The notes under the pieces are model-generated. The model was given only the letters and a program-made list of their open reading frames with translations, made no database searches and had not been told where the DNA came from. Position numbers and translations under genes: made by a program. Below are positions 16,659 through 25,920 of a DNA stretch of 40,173 nt, in pieces. The stretch's first letter is position 1. Every line of letters starts with the position of its first letter. The stretch is taken from the sequence record SRR22947725_471. One strand, 5' to 3'.

Positions 16659-18560
16659 TTAAAACTCAGTATCCATAAATTTCCTGCACCATATCTCTAT
16701 AGCTAATAAAGAAAATATTGTGTAAGCTGAATCTCTCTCACCAGAATCATTTTCAGCTATCATGTTTGCTACATTTTTATGGTTGAATAAACCCCTATTC
16801 TTAATACTACTTTCTGATAATAAGTCATCGACCATTCCCCTAAGGTCATTCTTTATCCAGCGCCTTAGTGGGGCACCAAAGCCAGTTTTGGGTCTATAAA
16901 TAACATTACCGGGAAGATAAGGCTCCATTGCTTTTTTTAAAACCCATTTACCAACACGGCCTCTTTGCTTAAAACTATCTGGTATTCGGGATGCCAGATC
17001 AACTAGGTCTAAATCAAGGAATGGAACTCTCACTTCGACTCCAGTAGCCATAGACATCTTGTCTGTATAAATTAGATTGTGGTCTGCTAAAAAAAACCTT
17101 TGCTCCAGTGCTAATAACTTATCAATAGGACTTACATTACTGTCAATAGTTTCTAAATAATTAAGAATGGTTTCATTTGGGTCATTGAACTTTGTGGCAT
17201 TTCGCATTTCTTCTGAATACAAAGACTCTAAATCTGCTCGCCTTGCCCATGCAAAGCATGATGCCAATCTTTGTTTATTAGAGGCTCCAGCATTATTAAA
17301 CAACCGCCCCAATCTTCTTCCAATTGTTTTACTTTGGTCAAACTTTAAAGAAAAATTTTCCAGCCCATTTCTAGCATCTTCAGGTAACCATGACCATATA
17401 TTCTCGTAGCGAAGAGCCAAATGTCTTCTATATCCAGTAAAAAGGTCATCACCACCAGATCCAGATAAAAGAACCTTTATGCCCCTTTCTTTGGCGAGCT
17501 TAGAAATATATAAAACATTTAAAGGAGCAGGATCTGCCAATGGCTCATCTAAATGCCATATCATTTCTTCTAAGTCATTTGCCAGATTATCAGAGTTAAT
17601 TTTTACAACTTCTAAATCAACATTAAGATGTTTTGCGACATCTCTTGCATAAGGCAAATCTTCAGCCACATCATTATCAGAGCCTCCTTCAGGATCAATT
17701 GTGAAGCAATGAAGGTTTGAAACATGTTCTTTTGCCAATGCAACAATTGCGCTTGAATCCAAACCACCAGATAAAAATGAACCTACAGGGACATCAGCTA
17801 TCAACTGCCTTTTAACAGAAAGAGATAATGCTTCGGAAACTTGATTGATTGCATCATTTTTACTAGTAATTTTTGGAAGAAATTTAGTTTGAGGAGAAAC
17901 ATACCAATTTTCTTTAGAGACTATCTCACCTTTTTTAATTTTTATTAGCTCCCCTGGTAAAACTTTTTTAATAGAAGTTACTGGCGTTCCATCTCCAGGG
18001 CACCATAGAAATGTCAGATATTTTTGAATAGAGCCGTAGTCCAAGTAAAGCTCATCACTTACCAAGTGAAGTAATGCTTTTATTTCACTTGAAAATGAAA
18101 AGGAAAGATTGTTAGAGAAATAATATAAAGGTTTCACACCTAGAGCGTCTCTAGCCAAAAATAAATTATTGGTATTCTTATCATATATTGCTAGACCAAA
18201 AATACCATTTAACTTACTTAAAAAATCTATCCCAAACTCAATATACATGTTGAGAACAACTTCAGTGTCTGAATTCCCAATGAATCTATATCCTTTTTTT
18301 TCTAAGTCTAATCTTAAGGATTTAAAATTATATATTTCCCCGTTAAAAACTAGAATCACAGACTTATCTTTAGATATCATTGGCTGATGCCCCAGCGGAG
18401 ATAGATCAATTATAGAAAGTCGAGTATGACCTAAGCCAATTTTTTTCTCTTCATCACAATATGTGCCAATATCATCTGGACCACGATGATTCAACTTTAA
18501 TGTAGCTTTTTTTAAATCAGATTCTAAGAAATTTCCAGATATCCCAATAATTCCACACAT
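16659..18560 (-). CDS. asnB: Asparagine synthase-like glutamine amidotransferase (probably amidates a uronic acid carboxyl)
   Basis: MCGI (Ntn Cys), HRGPD, RLSIID, FNGEIYN, LSGGLDSS and EVRVPFLD; glycan-cluster context. Confidence 0.92.
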   Translation of the reverse strand: MCGIIGISGNFLESDLKKATLKLNHRGPDDIGTYCDEEKKIGLGHTRLSIIDLSPLGHQPMISKDKSVILVFNGEIYNFKSLRLDLEKKGYRFIGNSDTEVVLNMYIEFGIDFLSKLNGIFGLAIYDKNTNNLFLARDALGVKPLYYFSNNLSFSFSSEIKALLHLVSDELYLDYGSIQKYLTFLWCPGDGTPVTSIKKVLPGELIKIKKGEIVSKENWYVSPQTKFLPKITSKNDAINQVSEALSLSVKRQLIADVPVGSFLSGGLDSSAIVALAKEHVSNLHCFTIDPEGGSDNDVAEDLPYARDVAKHLNVDLEVVKINSDNLANDLEEMIWHLDEPLADPAPLNVLYISKLAKERGIKVLLSGSGGDDLFTGYRRHLALRYENIWSWLPEDARNGLENFSLKFDQSKTIGRRLGRLFNNAGASNKQRLASCFAWARRADLESLYSEEMRNATKFNDPNETILNYLETIDSNVSPIDKLLALEQRFFLADHNLIYTDKMSMATGVEVRVPFLDLDLVDLASRIPDSFKQRGRVGKWVLKKAMEPYLPGNVIYRPKTGFGAPLRRWIKNDLRGMVDDLLSESSIKNRGLFNHKNVANMIAENDSGERDSAYTIFSLLAIEIWCRKFMDTEF

Positions 18561-19615
18561 TAAGTTATGTCTCTGTTAATTAGATTTAAATAAATTCTGA
18601 GTCGAGAATCATAAGAATGATTTTCTCTTACTGTATTTTTGACTTTATCAATCATTAGCTTTCTTTCATCAATTGATTTTGCTGAATAATCTAATATTGC
18701 TTTATAAATATCAATTTCAGTGATCTTTTTAATTATGTAACCGGTTTCTAAAACAACCTCAGGTTGTGCTGTATTTGCTGAAACTAAACATGGTGTTCCA
18801 TAGGTCATAGCTTCAAGTACAGAGTTACCAAAGCCTTCATAGTAACTAGGTTGAATATATAAATCAGATGTCATATAAAGTTCATTCTTTCTTTTATTTG
18901 AAATATCTATCTCAATAATAATATTTTCAGATAAATTTAATTCTGATATTAGGTTTTGAAGAAATTTAATACCATCTCCTTGACCGCCAACAATATAAAA
19001 TCTTAAATCCTTCAAATAATTTTCTGGCAGCATTGAAATAGCTTTTAAAATTTTGTCTATTGATTTCCTTTTTATCTGATCCTTGGTGAACCAACAAACA
19101 GTCAAAAGCTGAATGAATTCATTTACAGTTTTATTTTTAGAAATCTTTATTAATTCTTTCTCGTTAAATATTGACGATGATTTAAGAACAAAAGGATTAC
19201 TAACTTTTTCATGAGAGGTAATTTGTCTAAATTGGCTTTCAGATATAAAAAGGGTTTTATCTGCTAATTTCCATGAAACTCTATTAAATAACCTAAAAAG
19301 ATAACTTTTCTTATAGAAATCAGGTGAACCACTTTCATCAAACATATGTACAGCTCCAGTGCCAATTACTTTTATTCTTAATATCTTTGATATTAAAATC
19401 ACTATAATTGAGGAATGCCACCACCAAAAATATACTAAATTTATTTTATTTCTTATTACTAATTTAAAAAAAGAAGAAAAAGAGTTAGCTATTAGCACTT
19501 TATCGTGCGCCTCATTCAACATTTTTAAATCAACTCTATAGTATTCCCACCTATCGAAATATTTTGGTTCGACGGGTACGAAATAAATAACAGTATCAAC
19601 TAAATTTTTTTTCAT
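18560..19615 (-). CDS. Glycosyltransferase family 4
   Basis: EX7E motif in YIQPSYYEGFGNSVLEAMTYGTP. Confidence 0.9.
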   Translation of the reverse strand: MKKNLVDTVIYFVPVEPKYFDRWEYYRVDLKMLNEAHDKVLIANSFSSFFKLVIRNKINLVYFWWWHSSIIVILISKILRIKVIGTGAVHMFDESGSPDFYKKSYLFRLFNRVSWKLADKTLFISESQFRQITSHEKVSNPFVLKSSSIFNEKELIKISKNKTVNEFIQLLTVCWFTKDQIKRKSIDKILKAISMLPENYLKDLRFYIVGGQGDGIKFLQNLISELNLSENIIIEIDISNKRKNELYMTSDLYIQPSYYEGFGNSVLEAMTYGTPCLVSANTAQPEVVLETGYIIKKITEIDIYKAILDYSAKSIDERKLMIDKVKNTVRENHSYDSRLRIYLNLINRDIT

Positions 19616-20690
19616 TTGATAAATAAATCATTAGTAATGCTAATGTTCCACTGTAATAATGTTGATAAATATTAACATTTAAATTCCAATCGATAAGTAT
19701 TAATGTTGATATAAAAATCATTGGTTTAATACCGTAATTTATATTCCTAAAAAAATTTTTAAATAATGAAAAATAAAAATAAAATATAATCGAAGAAACT
19801 ATAATTCCATTAGTTGTTAGAGAATGAAGAAAAAAATTATGTGAATGATTGTGTGTACCATTTCCAAAGAGAAGTATTTTGACATCAGTGAGGTACCCTA
19901 AGGATCTATTCCACGTCATGGATCTTGTGAATCCAGTACTATCAGTTAATGAGGTTACTCTATTAAAGCTATTTGTAAATATTTCAAGTAACTCCCCAGC
20001 AATGTATCCTAGGGAAACAAATATTAGAGCAAGCAAAATATAAAAATACTTATAGTAAAAGAGAAATGTTACTAATAAAAATAATATTACTGCCACCCTT
20101 CTCATTAATATAATTTCTATTAAAAATATTCCAAATAACAATAGAATGCTCCAAATGCTTTTTGATCCAAAATATTGAAGAGCTAAAAATAAACCCATTA
20201 CTAATACAAGTGGATAAGTTAAGTAAGCTTGATAGACTACAAAATCAAAAATATAAGGTCCAGCAGAAAATATGTCTCCTGAAAATAAAGAATAAATTAT
20301 AGTAGCTGAATGCGATGACACGAGCAATATCAACGATAGTAAAAAGCCTTTAATTACGTATATAAAATTTTGTTGAGATAAATTCTTTAAGCATGCATAA
20401 ATTAGAAAAAAGTGCATCTGTTGCAAAAATAAAAGAGCCCTATCTCCTCCTTCGAGCATACCAATAGTAATATATGCCCCACTAAATAATATTATTAGAA
20501 TTACTTTGATTCTTTTCAGGTAAAAAAAGGGGAACAATAGTAATATTAAAAAGTTAAAGTGTATCGGGACTCCCTCTACCTCATAATATGTAGTCGGCAT
20601 AGAAAAGCCTGAACCGCCAACAACTAAAAATAATGGCATCGCAACCAATGCACCTAAAATAAATAAATAATTCTTATTGAGTGATAGCAT
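19596..20690 (-). CDS. wzy: O-antigen polymerase / ligase-like membrane protein
   Basis: About 10 hydrophobic segments; loop R...W...LLFGNG...HSHNFFL...NG typical of Wzy_C/WaaL; flippase in the same cluster. Confidence 0.65.
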   Translation of the reverse strand: MLSLNKNYLFILGALVAMPLFLVVGGSGFSMPTTYYEVEGVPIHFNFLILLLFPFFYLKRIKVILIILFSGAYITIGMLEGGDRALLFLQQMHFFLIYACLKNLSQQNFIYVIKGFLLSLILLVSSHSATIIYSLFSGDIFSAGPYIFDFVVYQAYLTYPLVLVMGLFLALQYFGSKSIWSILLLFGIFLIEIILMRRVAVILFLLVTFLFYYKYFYILLALIFVSLGYIAGELLEIFTNSFNRVTSLTDSTGFTRSMTWNRSLGYLTDVKILLFGNGTHNHSHNFFLHSLTTNGIIVSSIIFYFYFSLFKNFFRNINYGIKPMIFISTLILIDWNLNVNIYQHYYSGTLALLMIYLSNEKKFS

Positions 20691-21846
20691 TTTCTGTGAA
20701 GAAGTTTTTAATTATCTCTTTCATATGATGCTTCTCATGTTCTGTTAGGCTCCAATGACATGCCACGTTAACACTTTCTAGAAATAAATTCTCTGAATGG
20801 GCTAACTTTTGATAAGAAGGTCCTGAAGGTGCGCTATCAAACCATGTTCCTACCTCAATATTATTTTGATTCATATGATTAATAAATTTATCTTTAATTT
20901 TTATAGATAGTGAGAAATGAACTCGAGGAGATGACATATTTTCACAAACTATGCTATTTACTTTGACTGAGAATGATCTTAGTAAATTAGCAATATCATT
21001 ATGGTTTTTGTTAGCAATTGCTAAATTCTTGCCAATACTTTTGTACGATCCTAGTAGTATTCTTAAAGTAAGAAGGCCTAATTTGCTATGGATCCTGCTA
21101 TATTTCGAAGATGAGTTTCGTGATGCTCTATGAAATTGAAAAAGTCTTAGAAATAACCATGCAAAAAATTTTAATTTGCTCCCTCTAGGTGAAATATACA
21201 AGTTTAGTATTAGTAGTATATTTCTGTGTATGTCTCTTACAATTCCAACCCTTTTTATAGATTTATAATATTGGTCAAAATTTGAAGATGCTGGAAGAAT
21301 TAAGAGTCCTGCCCAGCCTATAGTGAATGACTTAGAAACTTCAAAAGAAATTATTGTTGGATAAATAGCATCTATTTCATCTTTAAAGTCATTTGGGCCA
21401 TATGATAAAGATTTATCTAATAAAACTTTTACACCATCTTTAGAAATTTCTTCTAATTCTAAGTCAGTATGGGCTTTTCCTCCAAATGTGATTTGACTTA
21501 TTAAAAGTTTACATTCGTCGTGTAATTTAAAGTCAATCGCTTTAAAATTTGAATCACAGTCATAGAAAATTATTTTACATCCTAAATCAATTAGCACATC
21601 AGTAACAGCATCACATGTGTAGTACATTACTTGTACTACATCTCCTTCTCTAATACCGATATTTTTCATATAGTGAAATAATGCATTTCGTGCAGAATCA
21701 AATGGGTAAATGGTATTTGGTAGAGAGCAAATATCTTTGCTTTCATTGTTTTGAAATGAATTTACGTAGTTTTTAAAAGTATTGCCTCGCCACAATATAG
21801 AGATTCCTCCTCCCCATCTTGACGGATTTGAATATTTATCTAACAT
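20674..21846 (-). CDS. Divergent DegT/DnrJ-like PLP-dependent protein (likely start ATG 21846; track gives 21858)
   Basis: Motifs FDSARNALF, GDVVQV..YTC.AV, IFYD and SFEVSKSFTIG (Lys retained); C-terminal VNVACHWSL. Confidence 0.65.
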   Translation of the reverse strand: MLDKYSNPSRWGGGISILWRGNTFKNYVNSFQNNESKDICSLPNTIYPFDSARNALFHYMKNIGIREGDVVQVMYYTCDAVTDVLIDLGCKIIFYDCDSNFKAIDFKLHDECKLLISQITFGGKAHTDLELEEISKDGVKVLLDKSLSYGPNDFKDEIDAIYPTIISFEVSKSFTIGWAGLLILPASSNFDQYYKSIKRVGIVRDIHRNILLILNLYISPRGSKLKFFAWLFLRLFQFHRASRNSSSKYSRIHSKLGLLTLRILLGSYKSIGKNLAIANKNHNDIANLLRSFSVKVNSIVCENMSSPRVHFSLSIKIKDKFINHMNQNNIEVGTWFDSAPSGPSYQKLAHSENLFLESVNVACHWSLTEHEKHHMKEIIKNFFTENAITQ

Positions 21847-21847
21847 T

Positions 21848-22930
21848 TTATTTATCAAGTACAGTTGAGATAATTAACGATTGCTCATCCTCACTCAAGT
21901 CAGGGTAACTTGGAAGACAAATGGTTCTTGAGGAAATTGATTCAGAGACACGCAGATGCTCGATATTGGAATTCTGATAACAAATCATTTTATTAACCAA
22001 AGGAAATCCAGGCCTTACTTCTATATTATTTTTGCCGAGTCTGTTATTCATATTTTTAACTTCTGCTTCATCTTCAAGAAGAATTGTATTAATCCAATTT
22101 GAAGATTTCTCAAGGTTGCAATCTTGAAACAATACTTTTTTACTCAAAGTTGAGCGATATTTTTGTGCCAACTTTAATTTTAAATTTAAAATATGCTCAA
22201 TATCTTCAAGTTGAGCACAACCTATAGCAGCTTGAATATTCGTCATTCTGTAATTATAGCCAATTACATCATGTGTATATCCACCATCAGTCACCAGTCC
22301 TTGATTCTTTAGATGTGCAACTTTTTCAATTAAATCAACCCTATTAGAAAAAACTGCTCCACCCTCTCCGGTTGTGATAGTTTTATTTCCAAAAAAACTC
22401 AATGTTGCTATATCACCAAAAACACCAACGTGTTCATCTTGATAAAATGTTCCAAAACTTTCTGCACAATCTTCAATTAAAAATAGTTTATTTCCTTTTG
22501 CAATTTTAACTAATTGATTCATATCACATGGAGCGCCATAGATGTGAACACACATGATTGCTTTTGTTTTTTTTGATATTTTTTTTGATATTGAAGCACA
22601 AGAAATATTCCAATCATGCTTATTTATATCAACAAAAACTGGTACAGCTCCTACATATCTAATTGCATTTACAGAAGCAACATAGGTGAAAGATGGAACA
22701 ATTACTTCATCTCCTGGCCCAATATCAAGAGCTAACAAGGCTAAATGAAGAGCAACCGTTCCATTTGAACAGGTTGTAACTGCCTTTGAGCCAAGATATG
22801 AATTTAAATTATCTTCAAACTTTGAAACAAAGACACCACGAGATGATATCCAATTATCATCTAAACACTGATTTACGTACTTCTTTTGATTTCTCGCTAT
22901 ATATGGTTGATATATTGGAATTTTGTTCAT
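21848..22930 (-). CDS. DegT/DnrJ sugar aminotransferase, GDP-perosamine synthase-like
   Basis: Motifs WISSRG.FV, SNGTVALHLAL, IEDCAES, SFFGNKTITTGEGG and GYNYRMTNIQAAIG. Confidence 0.88.
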   Translation of the reverse strand: MNKIPIYQPYIARNQKKYVNQCLDDNWISSRGVFVSKFEDNLNSYLGSKAVTTCSNGTVALHLALLALDIGPGDEVIVPSFTYVASVNAIRYVGAVPVFVDINKHDWNISCASISKKISKKTKAIMCVHIYGAPCDMNQLVKIAKGNKLFLIEDCAESFGTFYQDEHVGVFGDIATLSFFGNKTITTGEGGAVFSNRVDLIEKVAHLKNQGLVTDGGYTHDVIGYNYRMTNIQAAIGCAQLEDIEHILNLKLKLAQKYRSTLSKKVLFQDCNLEKSSNWINTILLEDEAEVKNMNNRLGKNNIEVRPGFPLVNKMICYQNSNIEHLRVSESISSRTICLPSYPDLSEDEQSLIISTVLDK

Positions 22931-24009
22931 TTTTTTATGCTATAAGATCTAATATTTCTACTTAACGTAATTCCAAGGTTTTCAAAAGGAAGGAGTAATC
23001 GTGAAATGATAAACAATACTATACTCAAAAGTATGAAAATAATAAATTGTCCATAACTTGCATCAATATTAATCTCTCCAAAATAACTCATTGTATATAA
23101 TCCAAAACTTGAAATTAATGGCACATGCAACAAATATAATGGAAATGAAACCTTTGCAAGCCATATTAATTTTGGTCTGATCATAAAATTGTGAAGAGAT
23201 TTTGCTTGTATTAACAAATAAACAATCAAGCTTGCAAAAACAAAATCTATTTGAAAACTATCTAATCCTATGCTTTCAAAAGTTGTTTTGATTAACAAAA
23301 CTATAGTAAATATTAAAACTGGATTACTTAATTCTGACATTCCTTCATCATGAAGATGTCGCAAAGCGGAACCTAAAAAGAAGAAGCCAAAATAGTAGAT
23401 AAAGGGTATATAACCATATGTGAAGACCAAAATGAAAGAGAAAAAAATTAAATATATTGGATATACTCTAATTAAGCCTTTTTGAAGAAACCAAACGTAG
23501 ATTAAAATAAAAACCGATCCGAATAACTCAGGTCGCATAGTCCATGCTGGAGGAATTAATGATGTTGAAGGATCATATAAAAAGAAAGCTTCAACCCAAG
23601 CAAAATACATAGCTCTTGCAAAATCTACATTCTCTTGGTAATTCAAATTGTAAACTTCCCAGTACTCATAATCAGCAGGCAAACTTCCAAAATACATTAA
23701 GTCAAATGAATATAGAAGCCATACGAATATTGTTACAGCAAATACAGGAATAATTAGTCTAAAAAATCTTGCAATCAACTGAACCGGCAGCCAAATAGCA
23801 TTCATTTTGAAATTGAATTTTGGGTTTGTTAAAACAACTCCTGATAATACGAAAAAAATTGCTACAGCAAGTTTTGTATCAGTTATTAAGTTCAAAAATG
23901 GTAAGTTTTTTATCCATCCATCTGGAAAAAAATGTCCTGCGACAACTATATAGGCAGCGAGCCCTCTTAATGAATCTAAGTATTCTAACCTAAGCTGGGA
24001 GCTCTTCAC
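22927..24009 (-). CDS. Acyltransferase family 3 (OafA-like membrane O-acyltransferase)
   Basis: Motifs LDSLRGLAA..VV..H, AVAIFFVLSG, WTM..E and SFPLYLLH; multiple TM helices. Confidence 0.88.
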   Translation of the reverse strand: MKSSQLRLEYLDSLRGLAAYIVVAGHFFPDGWIKNLPFLNLITDTKLAVAIFFVLSGVVLTNPKFNFKMNAIWLPVQLIARFFRLIIPVFAVTIFVWLLYSFDLMYFGSLPADYEYWEVYNLNYQENVDFARAMYFAWVEAFFLYDPSTSLIPPAWTMRPELFGSVFILIYVWFLQKGLIRVYPIYLIFFSFILVFTYGYIPFIYYFGFFFLGSALRHLHDEGMSELSNPVLIFTIVLLIKTTFESIGLDSFQIDFVFASLIVYLLIQAKSLHNFMIRPKLIWLAKVSFPLYLLHVPLISSFGLYTMSYFGEINIDASYGQFIIFILLSIVLFIISRLLLPFENLGITLSRNIRSYSIKK

Positions 24010-24560
24010 TATAAATCCTCTGCTAATTGCCAGCCAAGTTTTTTATACATACTTATTACGGCTTTTCTATGCTTTTGTGTTCCAAGTCTAATTTTCTTAA
24101 AATTTTCTTCAACTAATCTCTTACTTAAACTTGAAGCAATAATTGGTCCTATGCCCAAACCTACAAGATCTGGATCTGATGCTAACCATTCCAAGGTTCC
24201 AATTTCGTCATATTTAGAATTAGGATATATTGCAATAAATGCAGCCCCAACAATTTTTTTTGTCTTTACTTTTTCAACCACCAAAAAACCTCCAGGAATA
24301 ATATAATTTTTCCAATAGCTAAGCGGACAAAAACCCATATTTACCTTCAACATTAACATATGAAATCCATAAAAGTCTTTTTCAGTAAATTCTCTCAAAT
24401 TATATTCTTTTGGTAGCTTAAGATTATAGTTTTTAAAATTTTGAGGATTTAAAATAATTTCAACATTCAAATTATCAAGACCGCCTCTTTCATAAAAAAA
24501 TATTTTTCTCTTTATAAAATTAATAGTTTTAAAAAAAAATTCTAAAAAAAAGATTCTCAT
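24009..24560 (-). CDS. GNAT family N-acyltransferase
   Basis: Motif A WLASDPDLVGLGIG and motif B AVISMYKKLGW. Confidence 0.8.
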   Translation of the reverse strand: MRIFFLEFFFKTINFIKRKIFFYERGGLDNLNVEIILNPQNFKNYNLKLPKEYNLREFTEKDFYGFHMLMLKVNMGFCPLSYWKNYIIPGGFLVVEKVKTKKIVGAAFIAIYPNSKYDEIGTLEWLASDPDLVGLGIGPIIASSLSKRLVEENFKKIRLGTQKHRKAVISMYKKLGWQLAEDL

Positions 24561-24570
24561 AAATAAAATC

Positions 24571-25920
24571 CTAAAAACTCAACATTATTTTTGACATTGC
24601 TTTATCTAAATTAACTTCAGCATCCCAGTACAAATATGGTTGTTGAGATAAATTCATCTCAGCATCTTCCATGGCCTTTTCTATATAAATAATTAAATCT
24701 TCATATGAGGTAGCTATTTTTAATTGGTCTCCAAGCATATTTTTTGGGAACATATCAGTATTTCTTTTTTTAAGAATTTTATAATCATCTATGAAATTTG
24801 CAATTAACGGGCATCTTGTTAAAAAATTTACATCTGTGCTGAGAGATGTTAAATACGACATTACAAAGATATCAATATCAGAAATTTTATCTATATGTGA
24901 TTTTAAATCTTCTTCAAAAGACAAAATTGAACCCTTTTTTAATTCTGTCATGCTCAATGAATGTGGTATGAGGTGAACATTTTTATAATCTTTAAAATAT
25001 TGTTCAGTTAATAAGAACTCAGCTTTATTCATGTAGGGACAATAATAAATTGTATTTTTTGGGAATTTAATTGCTATAGTTTTAACTGATTTTAATTCTG
25101 TTTGTTTTGGAAAGTAAAGAGATGCAACACCAGCATACATAATATTTTTATTTATGTTATTTTTTTTAATAGAAGTAGAAGGTTTTTTAAAATTTTCTAT
25201 ATTTCTATGCCATATGCTTCCTATTACTTCGATATTATCTTCAGAGATATTATGTAGATCTTTTGCAAGTTTCTTTTCGTATTCACTTTGAACTCCATAT
25301 ATGTTGTGATTGAGCAAAAGGAAGCCGGTACAGTGAATTTGATCTGATGTATATGGAATCATAACTGATTTCCATTTATTCTTCCTGCTGATAGTTGAGA
25401 GAAGCCTGTCTTGCGTTCCCCAATTAGCAGATTGAAAATAAGTTACATCTTTTAAATTATTCAAAAGATCAATTTCGTTAGATTTAAAATTGACAAGATA
25501 AAATACAAATTCTTCAAGTTTTAACCATAAAAACCTCTTTTGAAACAAAAATGATAATAATGTTAAAAAAAATCTAAAAATTGTTGGGAGTACTTCAAAA
25601 TATCCACTTCTGTTAAAATTAGAAAAAAGGTTGTTAAAGTAATAAGGCATTCCATGCTTTTCATGCTTTGCAAAATAAGCAGCCCTTCTTATAAGGTCTG
25701 AAACTTTTAGAAGCGTTCTCGCATAAAAAGATTCATTAATGTTTAAAAGAATGAACTCTGCGTCATGCAGGTCAAGGAAATCAATATCTTCTTCTGTAAA
25801 TTCAAATGGTGAAATAACTATTATATGCCCATATTTTTTTAATTCTTTTATAAAAGGAAATGATAGGGAATGTCTTATATTTCTTAAAAAAGGGACTGAA
25901 ATTATAATATTTCTTCGCAT
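24571..25920 (-). CDS. Hypothetical 449-aa protein, possibly a GT-B-fold transferase
   Basis: Long ORF coupled to its neighbours. Alternating alpha/beta pattern (IIISVPF, IEVIGS, IMYAG, IDIFVMSY) but no decisive motif. Confidence 0.5.
   Translation of the reverse strand: MRRNIIISVPFLRNIRHSLSFPFIKELKKYGHIIVISPFEFTEEDIDFLDLHDAEFILLNINESFYARTLLKVSDLIRRAAYFAKHEKHGMPYYFNNLFSNFNRSGYFEVLPTIFRFFLTLLSFLFQKRFLWLKLEEFVFYLVNFKSNEIDLLNNLKDVTYFQSANWGTQDRLLSTISRKNKWKSVMIPYTSDQIHCTGFLLLNHNIYGVQSEYEKKLAKDLHNISEDNIEVIGSIWHRNIENFKKPSTSIKKNNINKNIMYAGVASLYFPKQTELKSVKTIAIKFPKNTIYYCPYMNKAEFLLTEQYFKDYKNVHLIPHSLSMTELKKGSILSFEEDLKSHIDKISDIDIFVMSYLTSLSTDVNFLTRCPLIANFIDDYKILKKRNTDMFPKNMLGDQLKIATSYEDLIIYIEKAMEDAEMNLSQQPYLYWDAEVNLDKAMSKIMLSF

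Noticed and set aside
16659-18560. asnB as the housekeeping asparagine synthetase
   Set aside because: It is coupled to a glycosyltransferase within the island, so sugar amidation is more likely.
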